Position numbers and translations under genes: made by a program
From: the human T2T-CHM13v2.0 reference genome, Homo sapiens
Reading direction: 5' to 3' (one strand)
Length of the DNA stretch: 64,000 nucleotides
NCBI RefSeq assembly: GCF_009914755.1
Contig: NC_060938.1
Part shown: piece after piece, positions 1 to 17,412 of the stretch
Layout of the letters: every line of letters begins with the position of its first letter
How positions within the stretch are numbered: position 1 is the first letter of the stretch
The notes under the pieces: model-generated
Told to the model about the DNA's origin: nothing
The model's input: only the letters and a program-made list of their open reading frames with translations
Databases searched by the model: none

Positions 1-712
<712 letters not shown>

Positions 713-3698
713 TTATACATAATAGTTGCTCAAAATAAAGTGCTAGAGGACTTCTGCTTCCAGTAACTGGAGTTAGCTGATATTAATGTTACATCCCTTT
801 GTAAATAATTATAAAAACTGGACAAAATATAAGAGACAACTGATTTCAGGCATTGGAAACAGAGCAGCCCTATCATCCTTGAGATATAGAAACCTGTGAA
901 ATGGGCTTTGTTAACCCCCCAAATTTATGCCTGAGACAATTTCTGGAACTTTGCAGTAGGGAGATGGATTCCAAGTAGAAAGCAGAGTCTTCTGGAGCTG
1001 AAGTGATAGAGATAAGAATTTGAGGGAACTGGAAGGGCAGATATAAAAATGAGGCTTCTGTGGGGAGAAGACAGCCCAGAAATTTGTATGAGGGTTTATC
1101 TGTGACCTTGGTTGAGAGCTAGGGTGCTTATGCATGGGCATTAAGTCCAAAAGGCCTAGCAGAGTGACTTCTAGAGGGAGCTAAGAGCAGTACAGAGGTG
1201 CTAGAGGATGCACAGGGCTAAAAGATGTCAGAATTCTGACCCAGTTGGGGTGGAGAGACCTCACTGAAGAACTCAGGCATTTGATTAAGATTCCAGAAAC
1301 ATGATGTCCTAGGGGGATGAAAATACCCTAGATCTAATGAGAAAACTGAAATCAATCTACCCTACAAAGCACAGAACCAACACCAATAGATGTAAGACAA
1401 TCTATCCATAAATTAACTGTCTGATAAAACAAAACTTAACAAGATTAAAATAAAAACAACATAAATCAGACTCCCTGCAAAGTAACATGTACAATAAAAA
1501 AAAACTACCAGACAGGAGAATAAGCAGGAGAATGTTACCCATAATCCAGAAAAAAAGCACCCAATAAAAAATGTCAAAAATCACAGATTTTAGAGATAAT
1601 GTATACGGATTTTTGAAAGAGTTATTATAAACCCATGCAAAAATTTAAAGAAAAATATGGACAAATTTCAGCAAAGAAATAGAAAATATAAAAATAAATT
1701 AAAAATTTAAAACTCAAATTATTTGAGATAAAAAAATTACTGAGTGGTTTAGAAAAAGATTAGACACTGCAGAAGAAAGGGTCAATAACATCCAAATTGA
1801 ATTTGGGAGAGAAAAATAAATACTTGAAATATTAACAGCACTTTAATGGCCTGTGAGAAAATATTGAGCAAATATAATTAGAGTCCCCAAAAATGATTAA
1901 GAATGCATCAGAATAAAAAATTGAGTAAGTGAATGAAAATTCTCCAAATTTGATGAAAAACAATACCACACAGATTCAAGAAGTTCAATGAACTCCAAGA
2001 ACCATAAGTCAGATAAACAACATCTAAGTACATCATAGTCAGTTAAAAAGGGATATTAACAACTTTGTGCCAATAGAAGACACTTTGACAAGTTAGATGA
2101 AATAGACAAAATTTTAGAACAACAGAAACTCCCCCAAACTGACATAAGAATAAATAGAAAATCCGAATAATCCTATGCCTATTAAATAAATATAATTCAT
2201 AAATAAAAACTTTCCTATAAGAAAAACCTTAAGGTCCAGATAGCTTCACTGGTGAATTCTATCATATATTTAATAATGATTAATATCAATTTTACACAAA
2301 CTATTTTAGAAATAGGAAGAGGTGGCAACATTTCCTATATTTTTTCATATGGCCAGCATAACCATGTAACTATAATAAATAAGGGCATGAATAAAAAATA
2401 AAATTATAGAACAACATGTATTATGAAATACTTATAAAAATGTTAAATGTTAGCAAATCCAACATTATATAAAAAGAACATATAATCAAATGGAATTTAT
2501 CTCAAAATTGTAAGATTGTGACAAATTAAAAAAAGATTCATATTGTTAAGAAATTTATATAATTGTCTTAATTGAGACAAAAAATTGACATATAACCATC
2601 ATTTATGACAAACTCTCACCAAACTAGGCATGGGAAAACACTTCATAAATATATAAATGATATCTGTGAAAAACATCCAGCTAACATTATATTTAGTATT
2701 GATATACTTTTTCCTTAATATCAACAACAAGGCAATGGTTTCACTCTTATCACTTCTAATAAATGCTCTACTAAAGCTTCTACAATAAGCAATAAGGCAA
2801 AGAAAAAGAAATGATATAAAGATTTGAACAAAAGAAATAAATTGTCTATTCATAGATGACATGATTACATGATTGTAGAAAATCCTGTGAAACCAGAAAA
2901 AGATACTATGACTAATGAAAGAATTTAGAAATATTTTAAGAAAAAAGGCCAATACGGAGAAATCAATTGATTTTTATATATTAGCAATAAATAATTGGAA
3001 AAATAACATTAGTAAGCCGTTTAGTAGCATGAAAAAGCATACTTTATATACTTAGGAATAGACTTAACAAAAGACATTAAGTAAAACTTTGTTGAGAGAA
3101 AACTTTAAAAAGACTTAAATAATAAAGAAAAATGGCATGTCCATGAATTGGAAAACTCAATATTTTCATTCTTTCAAAATTAATCGATATATTCAAGGCA
3201 ATTGCAATAAAAATCTTAACACAGACATTGAAAAGCTGATTCTGAAACTTACGTAGAATAAAATATCTAGAATAGACAAAGCAATCCCCCCAAAAGGAAA
3301 GAAACTTGGAGGTATTGCATTATTTAATTTCAAGAATTACTGTCAAGTGACAATAATTGAGACATCGTGGCACTTGAATATGAATTAGCAAATAGATCAA
3401 CAGAACTAAATAGTTCACGCAGAAATAAGCACCTCCCTATATGGTCAGATGATGCTAATGCAGTTTATTGGGGGAAAAGAAAATCTTTTCAACAAATAGT
3501 ATTGCAATAACTAGATAAACTAAGGAAAACAGTGAACTTTGTTCCCTACCTCACAACATATACAAAAATTAAAAGCTAAAACTATAAAGTTTCTACCACA
3601 AGAGGTAGAAGAGTTAATATGGTAATTTAGGGCTAGGTGAATATTTTTTAGCCAGGTTACAATGAGCTCTAAATATTGAACTAAAAAAGATAAACTGT

Positions 3699-3958
3699 GG
3701 CCAGGAGCAGTGGCTCACTGTTGTAATCCCAGGTCTTTGGGAGGCCAAGGTGGGAAGCCGAGAGTTTGAGACCAGCTTGGGCCACATAGCGAAACCTCTT
3801 CTCTGTAAAATTTTCAACATTAATTGGGCATGATGTTGTGTACCTATAGTCCTAGCTGCTTGAGAGGTTAAGGCAGAAGGATTGCTTCAGCCTAGAAGTT
3901 CAAGGCGTCAGTAAGCTCTGATTGTACCACTGCACTGTAGCCAGGAAAAAAAAAAAAA
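3699..3958 (+). mobile_element. AluJ (diverged)
   Basis: Start 'ggccaggagcagtggctca', J-type right arm 'ggattgcttcagcctagaagttcaagg', A-tail. Confidence 0.88.
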
Positions 3959-4439
3959 TTGAACTTAAATTAAAAATCTTTACTCAACAGATATTATAAA
4001 GAAAATGGAAAATAAGAGATAGATGGAGGAATATATTCACAATCCCTGTATTTCATAAAAAGTTATCTCCAGAATATATTAACTACTCTTAACAACGAAT
4101 AAAAAGCAAACAACAAAATTAAAAATAGGCAAAGGTCTTGAACATTTCTCAAAATAAGACGTATAAATTGACAAAAGTACTGCATGAAAATGTGCCCAAT
4201 GTCCTTAGTCACTGGACACATTTAAACCATAATATTATACTATTTTACTCCAAACAAAATGTCTCAAAACAAAAATAATGACAATATATTATATGTTGGC
4301 AAGGTTGTGGAGAAATAGAATTTTTATGTATTGCCAGTGGGAGTGAGTGCGAATTGGTATGATTTTTTAAAAATTGGTGAATTCTTATAAAATTAAACAT
4401 ATGCCTACCATATGACTTAGCTTTTCCACTTTTTGATAT

Positions 4440-4935
4440 TGTATTACTTTCATATTGCTGCTAAAACAAACTATCACAACCTTAGTGGCTTAAGACAAAG
4501 TGGTTATCTTGCAATTCTGAAAAAAGAAGTTTGAAATGGGTCCTCTTTGGCTAAACCAAGGTGTCAACAGGGCTGCATTCCTCTCTTGATACTCTGGGGG
4601 AAAATTCATTTTTGTGCCTTTTCCAGCCTTTAGAGGCAGCTCACATTTCTTTGCTTGTGGCTCCCTTCCATCTTCAAGGCTAACACTGGTCAGTCAAGTC
4701 TTTTTCACATCACATCACTGTGACACACAGTCTTCTACCTCCCTCATTCACATTTAAAGATGCTTGTATCCAGGAACACCTGGATAATACACGATTAGCT
4801 ACTTATTTTGAAGTTAGCTGATTAGCAATTAATTCTACCTGCTACCTGAATTCCCCTTAGTTACAGCTAATATATGCGCAGCTTCTAGAAACTTAATGTG
4901 GACATCTTTGAGAGGCCATTATTTTGTCTACCGCA
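4440..4935 (-). mobile_element. MLT1 (MLT1D-like) MaLR solo LTR
   Basis: TG...CA termini ('tgtattactttc'...'ctaccgca'); 5-bp TSD gatat/ggtat within the host L1. Confidence 0.8.
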
Positions 4936-5364
4936 GGTATTTATCTAAAAGAATGAAAAATATGTGCTCATGATACACTTGCACAAGTTTGGTTGAAACA
5001 TCTTTATTCATAATATCCTAAAACAAGAAACAACTCTAATGTTTACCATTAGGGGAATGGATGACCAAATTGCAATGAAATATTGAAATGGGAAACTCTT
5101 TAAGAAAAAAAATGTTAGAGATTTAACAAATTAATCATTCCCCAAAACATTACATTGAGTAAAAGAAGCGAGACACACAAAAGAGTAAATACTATGTAAT
5201 TCCTTTTCATGGCATTTGAGAACAGCAAAACGATCTATCATTAGAGAAAGAAAATTACTAGTGTTTTTAGGGGGCAAAATTGGCTAGAAATGGGAATGAG
5301 GGAAATTGCTGAGGTAAGTAATGGAAATATTTTATTTTTGGTTGAAGTTGTGGTTACAGGTAGG

Positions 5365-5402
5365 GTGTGTGTGTGTTTGTGTGTGTGTGTGTGTATATAT
5401 AT
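5365..5402. repeat. (TG)n(TA)n microsatellite
   Basis: Read directly from the sequence. Confidence 0.9.
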
Positions 5403-6229
5403 GTAAAAAACATGTATATAAAATCTGCATCTGTGTGAATTTTACTCTATTCAAAAAATGTAAACATTGGAGTAATATATGTAATAAATGAACAATCCAC
5501 GTGTATTTCTGTAATTAAGCAATCAAAACAAAAAGAAGTGGTAATGGTCAAAACATGACTGTTGCTTGTTTCTATGAACTTACAAGTTTAATTTTTAAAA
5601 ATAGACCTTTCGTGTTCAAATTTAATGTCTAAACATTGGGAGTAAATTTGAACATGAAAATTCTACCTTTTTATCTTGTTAGAGATACTTTAGAGCTTTT
5701 AAAAATATAAATCAGATATAATTTTTGAAAATTTGAGGGGAAAAAATCTTTATGAAATATTCCATGCAACAATGAGGTTACATTTGTATGTATAAAATGA
5801 GGTCAGGGACCTTAGTGGTCATGACTACATAGATTAGGAAGGTTCTCCAAAGACTCCTGTGCTGCCACTTTGCAGTTAGTGTCCCATGGTGATTTGGAGC
5901 ATTACTGGCTCTCTTATTGTAGATCTCTCCCTCAAGGACTGAGGTTTAAGTCCCTGGGGCTAGGATACAAGGCAATCTGAATGACAGATATAGTGTTATG
6001 ATTAGAATTGCCCCCTCAGCCTCCAGAGCTTTGATCTTAGAAAAATCTAATGTGTCTTGGTGCTGTCTACTCTTTTGATTGTTTTACCCTCAAGAGTCTC
6101 CTCAGCAGTTTTTGAAAATAGACTGTCAGATGACCATTTGTTATGTGTTTGAATCTAAGGTAAATGCAGTCTAACTTGACCAATTGGAACCACTGCTACA
6201 TATAAAAGATTTTTTACAAGATTGCTGGT

Positions 6230-6544
6230 TGTCTTAGTCCATTTTGTACTACTGTAACAGAATACCTGAGACTGGGTAATTTATAAAGAACAGAGATATA
6301 TTCTCGTTCTGGAGGCTTGGAAGTCCAAGGTCGAGAGGCCCATATGGTGAGGGCCTTCTTGCTGCATGATCTCATGGCCAAAGGCAGAATGGCAAGAGAA
6401 CACATGCTATAACAGGAATTAATCTGTTCTCTGGTCTGCTGTCATGACCAAATCACCTCTTAAAGATCCTGCCTCTCAACACTGTAGCATTGAGGATGAC
6501 GTTTCCAATACATAAACTTTGGGGGAAAAATTCAAACCATAGCA
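6230..6544 (-). mobile_element. MST-family (MSTC/D or MLT1A-like) solo LTR
   Basis: MaLR termini 'tgtcttagtccatt' ... 'ttcaaaccatagca'. Confidence 0.78.
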
Positions 6545-7677
6545 CTAGACCATCAAGAAAGCCAACTGTAGTAAGATGAGTTAATTAGTAGAGTGTCTTC
6601 TGTAAAGTAGAAGATTAATAAACTTTTTTTTGCTGTAATATGCCAAGAGAGCTTGGTATTGATATTCTCTCCAGCTGCAGTTCCTTGGTTAGGGTGCTGA
6701 TTCAGAGATGGCAAAAATGCTCCAGAAATGCGGTATTCCTGGATATATTACTTTAGCTAGTTTACTGAAGAGTCCATGAAATTAAGGCACTGGTTAGTCA
6801 GCATTAAAACACCCCAAAATAAAATCATAAATAAATGGTTTGGGTGAAGAGAGAAATGTTGAAAAAAATAAAGTTCTCATCAAATTCAAGAGTAAGTATC
6901 ATGCATGCAAGACAGTGCCTCATAACAAGTATGATATGAAAGGTATCAGGCATATACCAATTTGGGTGACTACTGATGCAGAAGCAAAACTGAGCCACAT
7001 GACTGCACAGTGCAGAAACACGGAGGGGGTTGCAGTATTGGAGAATCAACATAAGCAACATTAAAATATCTGAGAATGAAGGAGGAGGTTACATGAGGAA
7101 GAAAATTTATAGTGAAATTGGCCATTAGCACCACCACCATTTGCTGCATATTAGAAAGGCTGGCAGAGAAGAAATGCTGATACACAGGGATTTATGTATT
7201 TTTTTAGGAATTTACTTTACCTTTCTACCAATCTTAGATATAATCATCCTTCAAAAGTTTGCTCAAGTTATTTTTCTTTGAGAAGTCTTTTCTAGCTATG
7301 ACTCCAGCTAGTTTGTTAGCTTGTTTTTTTATTTGCTCTTACTGAATGTGGGACACAGTGATATCCAAATCCTTCCCCTAGACCAGAGGAAGCTACACTT
7401 CTAAACCTCACCTTGTTACCTGGAGGCCTGCAATGCAGTGGAGGAGGAACAAGGCTGACCTATGAATGCAGATCACAGAAATGAGAAGTCATTATGGAAC
7501 AAAAAGAAAAACAGTATGCCTTGCAGGCAGCCATGAAATCCCCGGTGGGGAAGTGCCTTCAGTGCAAATAAAATTCAGGTATAAGAGTAACAGGCCATTG
7601 CAAAGATTCAGAGCAAGTGAGTAGGAGTCAAGATTAGCAATTACTAAGTCACCAGGCACATTAGCCTACAACCTATG

Positions 7678-10020
7678 TGTATTAGTCTATTCTCACACTG
7701 CTATAGAGAAGAAAAGTGGTTTAATTGACTCAGTTCCACAGGCTGTAGAGGAGGCATGGCTGGGTAGGCCTCAGGAAACTTACAATCATGGTGGAAGGTG
7801 AAGGAGAAGCACACATATGTTCACATGGTGGCAGGAGAGAGAGAGAGAGCACTAAGGGGGAAGTGCTACACACATTTAAGCAACCAAATCTCAAGAGAAC
7901 GAACTCACTATCATGAGAACAGCAAAGAGCAAATTCACCCACATGATCAAATCACCTCCCAAGAGGTCCCTCCTCCAACATTGGGAAATACAATTCAATG
8001 TCAAATTTGGGTGGGGACACAGAGTTATATCATTCCACCCTGGCCCCTCCCAAATCTCATGTCCTTCTCACATTTCAAAACACAATCATGCCTTTCCAAC
8101 AGTCCCCCAAAATCTTAACTCATTCCAGCAATAACTTCAAGTCCAAAGTCTCATCTGAGACAAGGCAAGTCCCTTCTGTCTACGAGCCTGTAAAACAAAA
8201 AACAAGTTAGTTACTCCCAAGATACGATGGTGGGAATACAGGTGTTGGGTAAGTGGTCCCATACCAAATGGAAGAAATTGGCCAAAAAAAGGGGCTATAT
8301 AGGCTCCATGCAGGTCCACAGCCCAGCAGGGCAGTCATTAAATCTTTAAGCTTCAACATAATCTCCTTTGACTTTATGTCTCACATCCAGGCCACACTGA
8401 CACAGAGGTGGGGTCCCAAGGTCTTGGGATGTTTCACCCCTGTGGTTCTGCAGGGTACAGCCCCTGCAGCTGCATTAACAGGCTGGCATTGAGTGCCTGC
8501 AGTTTTTCCAGACACATGGTGTAAGCTGTCAATAGAACTATCATTCTGGAGTCTGGAGGACAGTGGCCCTCTTTTCACAACTTCATTAGGCAGTGCCTCA
8601 GTAGGGACTCTGTACGGCGGCTCCAACCCCACATTTCCCCTCTGCACTGACCTTTTAGAGGTTCTTTGTGAGAGCTCTGCCCCTGCCACAGACTTCTGCC
8701 TGGACATCCAGGTGTTTCCACACATTCTCTGAAATTTAAGCAGAGGCTCTCAAACCTCAGCTCTTGCCCTCTGAACACCTGCAGGCCCAACACCACATGG
8801 AAGCCACCAAGACTTGGGGTTTGCACCCTCTGAAGCAATGCCTAAGCTGTACCTTGGGCCCTTTTAGCTACAACTGGAGCTGGAACAGCTGGGGTATAGG
8901 GCATCATGTCTGAAGGCTTCACAAAGTAGCAAGGCTCTGGCCTGGCCCACAGAACTATTTTTCTCTCCTAGGCCTCCAGGCCTGTGATGGGAGGGGCTCT
9001 CATGAAGGTCTCTGAAATGCCCTGGAGTTATTTTCCCCATTATCTTGGCTATTAACATTTGGCTCTTCTTTACTTATGCAAATTTCTGCAGCCTTGAATT
9101 CCTCTCCAGAAAATGGGTTTTTCTTTTCTGCTGCATGATTGGGCAGCATGTTTTCCAAACTTTTATACTCTGCTTCTCTTTGAAATATAAGTTCTAGTTT
9201 CAGATCATTTCTTTGTTTATGTAAATGAGTGTAGGCTTTTAGAAGGAGGCAGGCCACATCTTGAATGCTTTGCTGCTTAGAAATTTCTTCTGCCAGATAT
9301 CCTAAATCATCTCTCAAGTTCAAAGTTCAACAGATCTCTAGAGCAGGGATACAATGCTGCCAGTCTCTTTCCTAAAGAATAGCAAGAGTGACCTTTACTC
9401 CAGTTCTCTCTAAGTTCTTCATCACCATCTGAGACCACCTCAGCCTGGACTTCACTGTCATATCACTATCAGCATTTTGGTCATTCAACAAGTATCTAGG
9501 AAGTTTCAAACTTTTATCTTCCTGTCTTTTTCTGATCCTTTCAAACTGTTCCAACCTCTGCCCATTACCCAGTTCGAGTCACTTCCACATTTTCAAGTAT
9601 CTTTATAGCCATGCCCCTCCTCTCTGGTACCAATTTTCTATATTAGTCTGTTCTCACACTGCTATAAAGAAGTAACAGATTGGATAATTTATGCAGAAAA
9701 GAGGTTTAATTGACTCACAGTTCCACAGGCTGTACAAGAGGCATGGCTGGGAAGGTCTCAAGAAACTTACAATCATGGCGGAAGGCAAAGGGGAAGCAAC
9801 CATATCTTCACATGGTAGGAGAGATCAAAGGGAGAAGTGCTACACAATTCTTAACCAGATCTGATGAGAACTCTGTTATGAGACAGCACTAGGGACATGG
9901 TGCTAAACCAGTAGAAACCAGCACCATGATCAAATCATCTCCCACCAGGTCCCTCCGACAACATTCAGCATTACAATTTGACATGACATTTGGGTGGGAA
10001 CACAGAGCCAAACCATATCA
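7678..10020 (-). mobile_element. Full-length MST (MSTA-like) MaLR provirus: 3'LTR 7678-8032, internal 8033-9638, 5'LTR 9639-10020
   Basis: Two LTRs flanking a ~1.6 kb MaLR internal region; TSD ctatg (7673-7677) / ctatt (10021-10025); MaLR internal ORF remnants (9000..9323 '-', DDLGYLAEEISKQQSIQ). Confidence 0.9.
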
Positions 10021-10155
10021 CTATTCAAGCGTAGTGTTTTGTGACTCATAAACCTCTTCACAGTTATATATACTGCCATAAACCTTTCCACAGTTATATA
10101 TACAGTCACAAAACTTTTTAAAATTTTTTGAAACTATTTCATCAATATTCAACTC

Positions 10156-10717
10156 CTAGGAAGTTCCAAACTTTCCGACATGTTCTTGTCTTCTGAGCCC
10201 TCCAAGTCTCTAGGAAGTTCCAAACTTTCCTATCTTTTCCTATCTTCTAAGCCCTCCAAACTGTTCCAACCTCTGCCTGTTACCCAGTTCCAAAGTTGCT
10301 TCCACATTTTCAGGTGTCTTCACAGCAGCACCTCACTCTACTGGTACAAATTTACTATATTAATTCTTTCCCAGGCTACTAATAAAAGCATACCTGATAC
10401 TGGGTAATTTATAAAGGAAATAGGTTTAATTGACTCACGGGTCTACATGGCTGGGGAGGCCTCACAATTATGGCTGAACGCAAAGGGTAAGCAAGACACA
10501 TCTTACATGGCAACAGGTGAGAGAGTGTGTTCAGGGGAACTCCCTTTATTAAACCATCAGATCTCATGGGACTTATTAACTATCATGAGAACAGCATCGG
10601 AAAGACCCACCCCCATGATTCAATTACCTCTCACCAGGTCCCTCCCAAGATACATGGAAATTATGGGAGCTGCAATTGAAGACGAGATTTGGGTGGGGAC
10701 ACAGCCAAACCATATCA
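10156..10717 (-). mobile_element. THE1 (THE1C-like) 5'LTR (10356-10717) plus ~200 bp of internal sequence, truncated
   Basis: LTR end 'gggtggggacacagccaaaccatatca'; internal 'ctaggaagttccaaactttcc' abuts the LTR. Confidence 0.85.
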
Positions 10718-11056
10718 TCAACTGTACCATCTGACAGGATTCCAATGTAGAAAGAGCTGGAGGGGAATGAGGATACCACTCTTGTGTAGATTACTTAATG
10801 GAGACAGGGTGCCTAATGGCTGCATATAAAAAATGTCAACCTTCCCCCAAGGCATAGAAGGGACATAATTCCCTTTTTGCTCCTGTAGTTTAGCAAGTTC
10901 ACTGTATGGTGAACTTTATATATACATAAAGTGGAGGAAAGAGACTCTAACCATTTTACCAAGGACTGATGGTGTGAGGTGGAGTTGAAGACAGATAAAA
11001 TGATACAAAGATAGAGGCAGAAACTGGTAATGGGGAATCAGAGATGGGGAGAATGA

Positions 11057-11197
11057 AATATATATATAGATAAATATATATAATCTATATAAAAATATAT
11101 ATAAATATATAATCTATATAAATATATATAAATATATGTAAATAATTCTATATATATAGATATTTATATATTTATATATATATATATATATATATAT
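11057..11197. repeat. AT-rich (TA)n low-complexity tract
   Basis: Read directly from the sequence. Confidence 0.92.
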
Positions 11198-13043
11198 TCA
11201 GTTAAAGAATGAGAGAAGGAGCTTTGATTTTTTAGTGGTTTGGGCACAGTAACCAAGTGGGGAATAGAGTGGCAGGGAGCTTTCACTCTCCTTTTATAGT
11301 TGCCATCAACTGTGTCTTCATATGCCTCATTTTTTAATTTGGACAAAGGATTTGTTACTCTTAAATAAAATGCTACCCAGTTGCAGTTTCAAGGCAAGAT
11401 CCGCAAGCCTATCTTTCAACCAGATTGTCCCTTAATGCCTTCCTAGACAGTTTCTGGTTTCTGTTTAAGGACAAAGAAAGCTGGAAAGAGTGTTGCTCCT
11501 ACCCTCACAGTTAAAAAAACAAAAGTGAAAATAAGCTGCAAATTCATGACTTTTCTCAAATCTATGGGAGAAAGAGGAGCAGGGCAATCAACTGGCTCCA
11601 AATCCAGGGAGACTCTCCACTCTGCTTGCCATGCTATTCCCTCCACTGACCAACCAACAAGCTACCAGTAACCAGTAACAGCCAAATTCTCTTGAGAGAC
11701 CTACAAAAGATTCTCTTTGAGGAATAGCACAACGTTCAAAGAGAAGACCTGAAGCTGAGGGTGAAGCAGATACTGCTCCTCAGCCCCAAGCACAGTCACT
11801 ACAGGAGTTAGATGGCTGTGGTGCTCTGAAGGTAACCATAGCAATAAAAATAAATAAAAATAATAAAACCTTAAACCCAGTCAACCTCCAAAATAGAAAC
11901 ACTCAAATACCCACATTAAATCCCTATCAGAAAGATATGCTTATTTCCAGGCATAAAAAATTTTCCTCATTCTCCAGTGTCTGGCTTTCACAAAATGTGA
12001 TACAAAAGTACATAGAAAATCAGTAAAGATATAGAAGATCTAAAGAATGCCGTCAAACAACTAGACCTAATTCACATTTATATAACACTCTGCCCAACAG
12101 CAGAATATATTTTGTTTACAAGGAAACATGAAATAGTCTCCAAGATATATCATATTCTGGGTCATAACAAACTTAAACAAGTTTAGATAATATAAATCAT
12201 GCAAAGTATATGCTTGGACTATAGTCAAATACGTGGTGTATTTTATTAAATATAATCCATAATACAATTAAACTAGAAGTGTAAATAGCAGAAAAAATCT
12301 AGAAAAGCATTAAATATTTGGAAGACAAACAATATGCCTATAAATGCCCCAAGGGTTAATGGGAAAGTCTCCATGGAAATTTAAAAATATCTGAGTTGAT
12401 TAAAAGTAAAAAATAAAATTTGTCAAAATGTGAGGGATGCAACTGGAGCAGTATTTAGAAGGAAATATATAGCATAAATACTTAGAAAAGAAGAAAGATC
12501 TCAAATCAACCATTATGAAAAACAAGTTTCTTAAATACCAGAAAAAGACAAACTAAATTCAAAGAAAGCAGAAAGAGAAGAAAAATAATGAATATAAGAA
12601 TAAAAGTTAATAAAGGAAAATATATCACTTCAATAGATACAGAAATAGTATTTGATAAAATCCACCATCAATTTATGATGAAAACTCTCAGCAAATTGGG
12701 AATAGAAGAAAATTTTCTTAACATTAAAAGTGGGACCTACCAAAAAATCTACAGTTAACATTGAACGGTGAAAGACCAAATGCTTTACCCCTAAGAGCGT
12801 TTCAATAAGAAAATGAAATATTACTCTTTCAACACTGCCATTCAACATTGTGCTGGAAGCTCCAGCCAGTGAAATCATGCAAAGAAAGTGGGGGAGTTGG
12901 TGGAGGGTTGAGAGGAGGAGGCAGGAAAATTGGAAAAAAGAAAACTGTCTCTATTTATAGATAACAGGACAATCCCAGTGAATTTACAAATCTTCTCAAA
13001 CTAGAAAGTGAGTTAACAAGATTGCAAGATAAAAAGCTCAATA

Positions 13044-13351
13044 GGCTGGGCTCAGTGGCTCATGCCTGTAATCCCAGCACTTTGGAAGGCCAAGGTGGGT
13101 GGATCGTTTGAGGTCAGAAGTTCAAGGCCAGCTTAGTCAACATGGTGAAATCCCCTCTCTACTAAAATTAGCTGGACATGATGGCACACGCCTGTAGTCC
13201 CAGCTACTGGGGAGGCTGAGGCAGGAGAATCACTTGAACTGGGAGGTGGAGGTTGCAGTGAGCCGAGATTGTGCCATTGTACTCCAGCCTGGGTGACAGA
13301 GCAAGACTCCATCTCTCTCTCCCTCTCTCTCTCTCTCTCTCACACACACAC
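13044..13351 (+). mobile_element. AluS (Sx/Sz-like) with (TC)n(CA)n in place of the A-tail
   Basis: Dimeric Alu; residual TSD ctcaata at 13037-13043 and 13352-13358. Confidence 0.9.
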
Positions 13352-13756
13352 CTCAATATAAAACTATCAATTTTTTATATATTGGTAATGAAGGATTGAA
13401 ATTCAAAATTTTTAAAAATACACATTTAAACAACCCCACCACCAATGGAGTACTTAGCTATAAATCTAACAACATATATGTAGAATTTGTATATTGAAAA
13501 ATAAAATACACTGATAGGATTTTTTTAAAGATCCCAAAATCAGATATATTTTGTTCATGGATTGTAAGACTCAATATTTTAAATCTGTATTTTCAAATTT
13601 GATCTACTGTTTTAATGCAATCTTATTTAAAACCAAAGCAGCCTTTTAAAAATATATATTGACAAGCTGATTCTATAATTTATATGGAAAGAAAAAGAAT
13701 AGCCAAAATATTTTTTTAATAAAGAGGAATTTTGAGAACTCACATTGCCTGATTTC

Positions 13757-17412
<3,656 letters not shown>

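Larger units (their letters stand above)
748..5460 (+). mobile_element. Old degraded L1M (L1ME-like) with internal deletions; hosts an Alu and an MLT1
   Basis: A-rich sense L1 sequence: ORF1-like 'cagattcaagaagttcaatgaactccaag', ORF2-like 'gtccagatagcttcactggtgaattcta', L1M-type 3'UTR near 5150-5460. Confidence 0.75.

Noticed and set aside
5600-7200. Possible ancient ERVL or other repeat remnant
   Set aside because: Similarity is too weak to assign by eye.
10156-10262. ~54-bp tandem duplication in the THE1 internal fragment
   Set aside because: I recall this duplication as common in THE1C/D internal copies, so it is probably inherited rather than locus-specific.
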